Shown piece by piece: positions 62,334 through 64,000 of a DNA stretch of 64,000 nt (positions are counted from its first letter, which is position 1; each line of letters begins with the position of its first letter). The notes beneath the pieces are model-generated. The model did no database searches and was not told where the DNA came from. It worked only from the letters and a program-made list of their open reading frames with translations. A program made the position numbers and the translations under genes. The stretch is from positions 968,970 to 1,032,969 of the forward strand of contig OZ220732.1 of the NCBI GenBank assembly GCA_965116905.1, written 5' to 3'. This DNA is from Longimicrobiales bacterium. GTDB taxonomy: Bacteria > Gemmatimonadota > Gemmatimonadetes > Longimicrobiales > Gaopeijiaceae.

Positions 62334-64000
62334 ACGCGCCGGCCGGGGAGCGCGAGGTTGTGGCGCAACTCATCGGTTTCAGGGAAGAGCGGCGCACGGT
62401 GTCGCTGGGCTCCGGAGAGTCGTCGCTCGTGGACATCGCCATGTATCCTCTGGCGGTTGAGCTCGAGGGCGTGGTCGTCACCGGAACGGCCATCGCGGCC
62501 CAGAAGCGCGAGGTGGGCAACAGCATCTCCCTGGTCACCTCCGACGAACTCCTCTACTCCGGCGCCATCAACCTGGAGGACGCCCTTCGCGGCCGCGCCC
62601 TCGGCGTCAGCATCACGGGCGCGTCGGGGACGGCCGGCGCGGGATCCGACATCCTGCTCCGTGGAACCAATTCGGTGAACGGGCGCAACCGCCCGCTCAT
62701 CTACGTCGATGGGGTGCGCATGCCCACCGGCACCCTGGAGGACGCCACCGGCGAATCCCAGGAGCACGCCACCTTCCTCGGCAGCATTCGCGAGGAGGAC
62801 ATCGAGAGGATCGAGATCATCAAGGGGCCCGCGGCGTCCAGCCTCTACGGCACCGACGCCAGCGCCGGTGTGATCCAGATCTTCACCAAGAAGGGTTCGC
62901 CGGGCGCGCCAAGGTGGACCATGAACATGCAACAGGGCCTGCAGCGCATCGGCCACGTCGGGCCGAGCCTCGACCCCACGGGGCTCCGCGTGAACGACTG
63001 CACCCGCCAGTTCACCCATTCCCTCGAGGAGGGCTACCACTTCAACCGCGACGAGTCGGGCGCACTCGTCGGGGACCCGGGCTGTCCGGCCAGCGGCACC
63101 TGGCTCCGGGACGCCCACGTTCAGGATTACTCCCTCTCGGTCAGAGGCGGAAGCGAAGAGGTGACCTATTTCGCCTCCGCGGGCTACGGCATCACCGAGG
63201 GGGTCATCGACCCGAATGAGTCAGAGGACGTGAACGTCCGGGCGAACTTCACGTTCAGCGGCTTCGAGAACTTCCAGATCAACCTCAACAACTTCTACAC
63301 GCGCCGGGACATCGCCTGGATCCCCAATGGCGACAATTCCGAGGGGCTGCTGTTCAACGTGGCACGCGGCGATGAGGGGGAGACACCGGACAACGACGAC
63401 TCGGCGGTGCTGGACCTGACGCAGGACCAGACCATCAACCACTTCAACTCCAGCGCCAACATCGACTGGACGCCCATGGACAACATGCGGCACCGGCTGA
63501 CCTTCGGCCTGGACTATTCGAACTCCCACTTCATCACCCAGCGGCCCTGGCTCTTCTGGAACAACCCCCTCGGCACGCGGACCGTGGACATCGAGAACCG
63601 CCGCGTGATCACGCTGGACTACGCGGGCACCTACCTGTTCGAACTCCCGGGGAACTTTACCTCCACCACCTCTGCCGGCGCCCAGTACAACCAGTTCGAG
63701 CACCTCGGGAACCGGACCGACGTGGAAGGCTTCATCGGCCCCGGAGCGAAGGTGCTGGAGAACGCGGAGGAGGTCACGAACTACAACGAGGACCGGGACG
63801 CCACCGAGGGCGGTGGGTTCTTCATCCAGGAGCAGATCGGCTGGAGGAACCGTCTCTTTGTCAACGTGGGTCTCCGGGCCGACACGCACAGCTCCTTCGG
63901 GCGCGAATACACCCGGGACGTCCGGTTCACGATGTACCCGAAGGCTCAGGCCACGTATACCCTCTCCGACCACGAGTTCTGGCCGTCGTGGTGGGAGACC
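62285..64000 (+). CDS. TonB-dependent receptor body (SusC/RagA-like), 3' end beyond the window, out of frame with its N-terminus
   Basis: My own translation gives TGLGTLTNNQGRFLLLNAPAGEREVVAQLIGF (rest of CarboxypepD_reg). The plug reads IYVDGVRM...IERIEIIKGPAASSLYGTDASAGVIQIFTKKG, followed by barrel strands to the window edge. Confidence 0.85.

Noticed and set aside
1-64000. Search for rRNA, tRNA, CRISPR arrays, integrases, transposases and prophage genes
   Set aside because: None were recognised by eye in any frame. The repeats found are short tandem or inverted repeats, not CRISPR-like (no regular repeat-spacer periodicity of 25-40 bp with unique spacers).

Overview
High-GC (roughly two-thirds G+C by eye), densely coding bacterial chromosomal segment with about 60 protein genes. 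I found no rRNA, tRNA, CRISPR array, integrase or transposase. All calls come from reading the six-frame translations and the DNA by eye; no database search was run, and start codons are best guesses. Many very long ORFs in the track are antisense or out-of-frame artefacts typical of GC-rich DNA. Gene content (many secreted or lipoprotein peptidases and amidohydrolases, 6-bladed beta-propeller, small plug-like lipoproteins) suggests a proteolytic Gemmatimonadota-like organism; this is inference only. Layout: (1) 0-36 kb is mostly catabolic and housekeeping. It holds an M20 peptidase, MaoC/acyl-CoA synthetase, modABC with an XRE-PBP regulator, two class-C beta-lactamase-like hydrolases and a GntR/GNAT pair. 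It also holds an S9 peptidase, an intact phd-vapC toxin-antitoxin pair, a dipeptidase/amidohydrolase/D-aminoacylase/D-amino-acid dehydrogenase cluster, a BNR propeller, a CocE/NonD hydrolase and apt. (2) 36.8-51 kb is a plastic region. It holds hicB with a 5'-truncated hicA directly abutting dnaE2, then imuB-dnaE2, then an HNH/DUF222 gene bracketed by 37-bp inverted repeats. Next comes a four-gene envelope module: a MotA/ExbB-like channel, a MotB-like-TM/vWA protein, a TolA-like protein with PG-binding, coiled-coil and LRR parts, and an SH3/4TM protein. DUF1697 follows, and imuA lies about 8 kb from imuB. imuA and imuB carry the same 19-bp direct-repeat motif just upstream of their starts. (3) 51-64 kb holds an FAD-linked D-lactate dehydrogenase-like gene, an ABC ATPase with four tandem DUF3526-type permeases, a second S9 peptidase behind the promoter and first 23 codons of a relic RHH antitoxin, and a frameshifted SusC-like TonB-dependent receptor that runs off the window. 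The best candidate for an undescribed system is the MotA/vWA/LRR/SH3 module at 44.6-49.1 kb.
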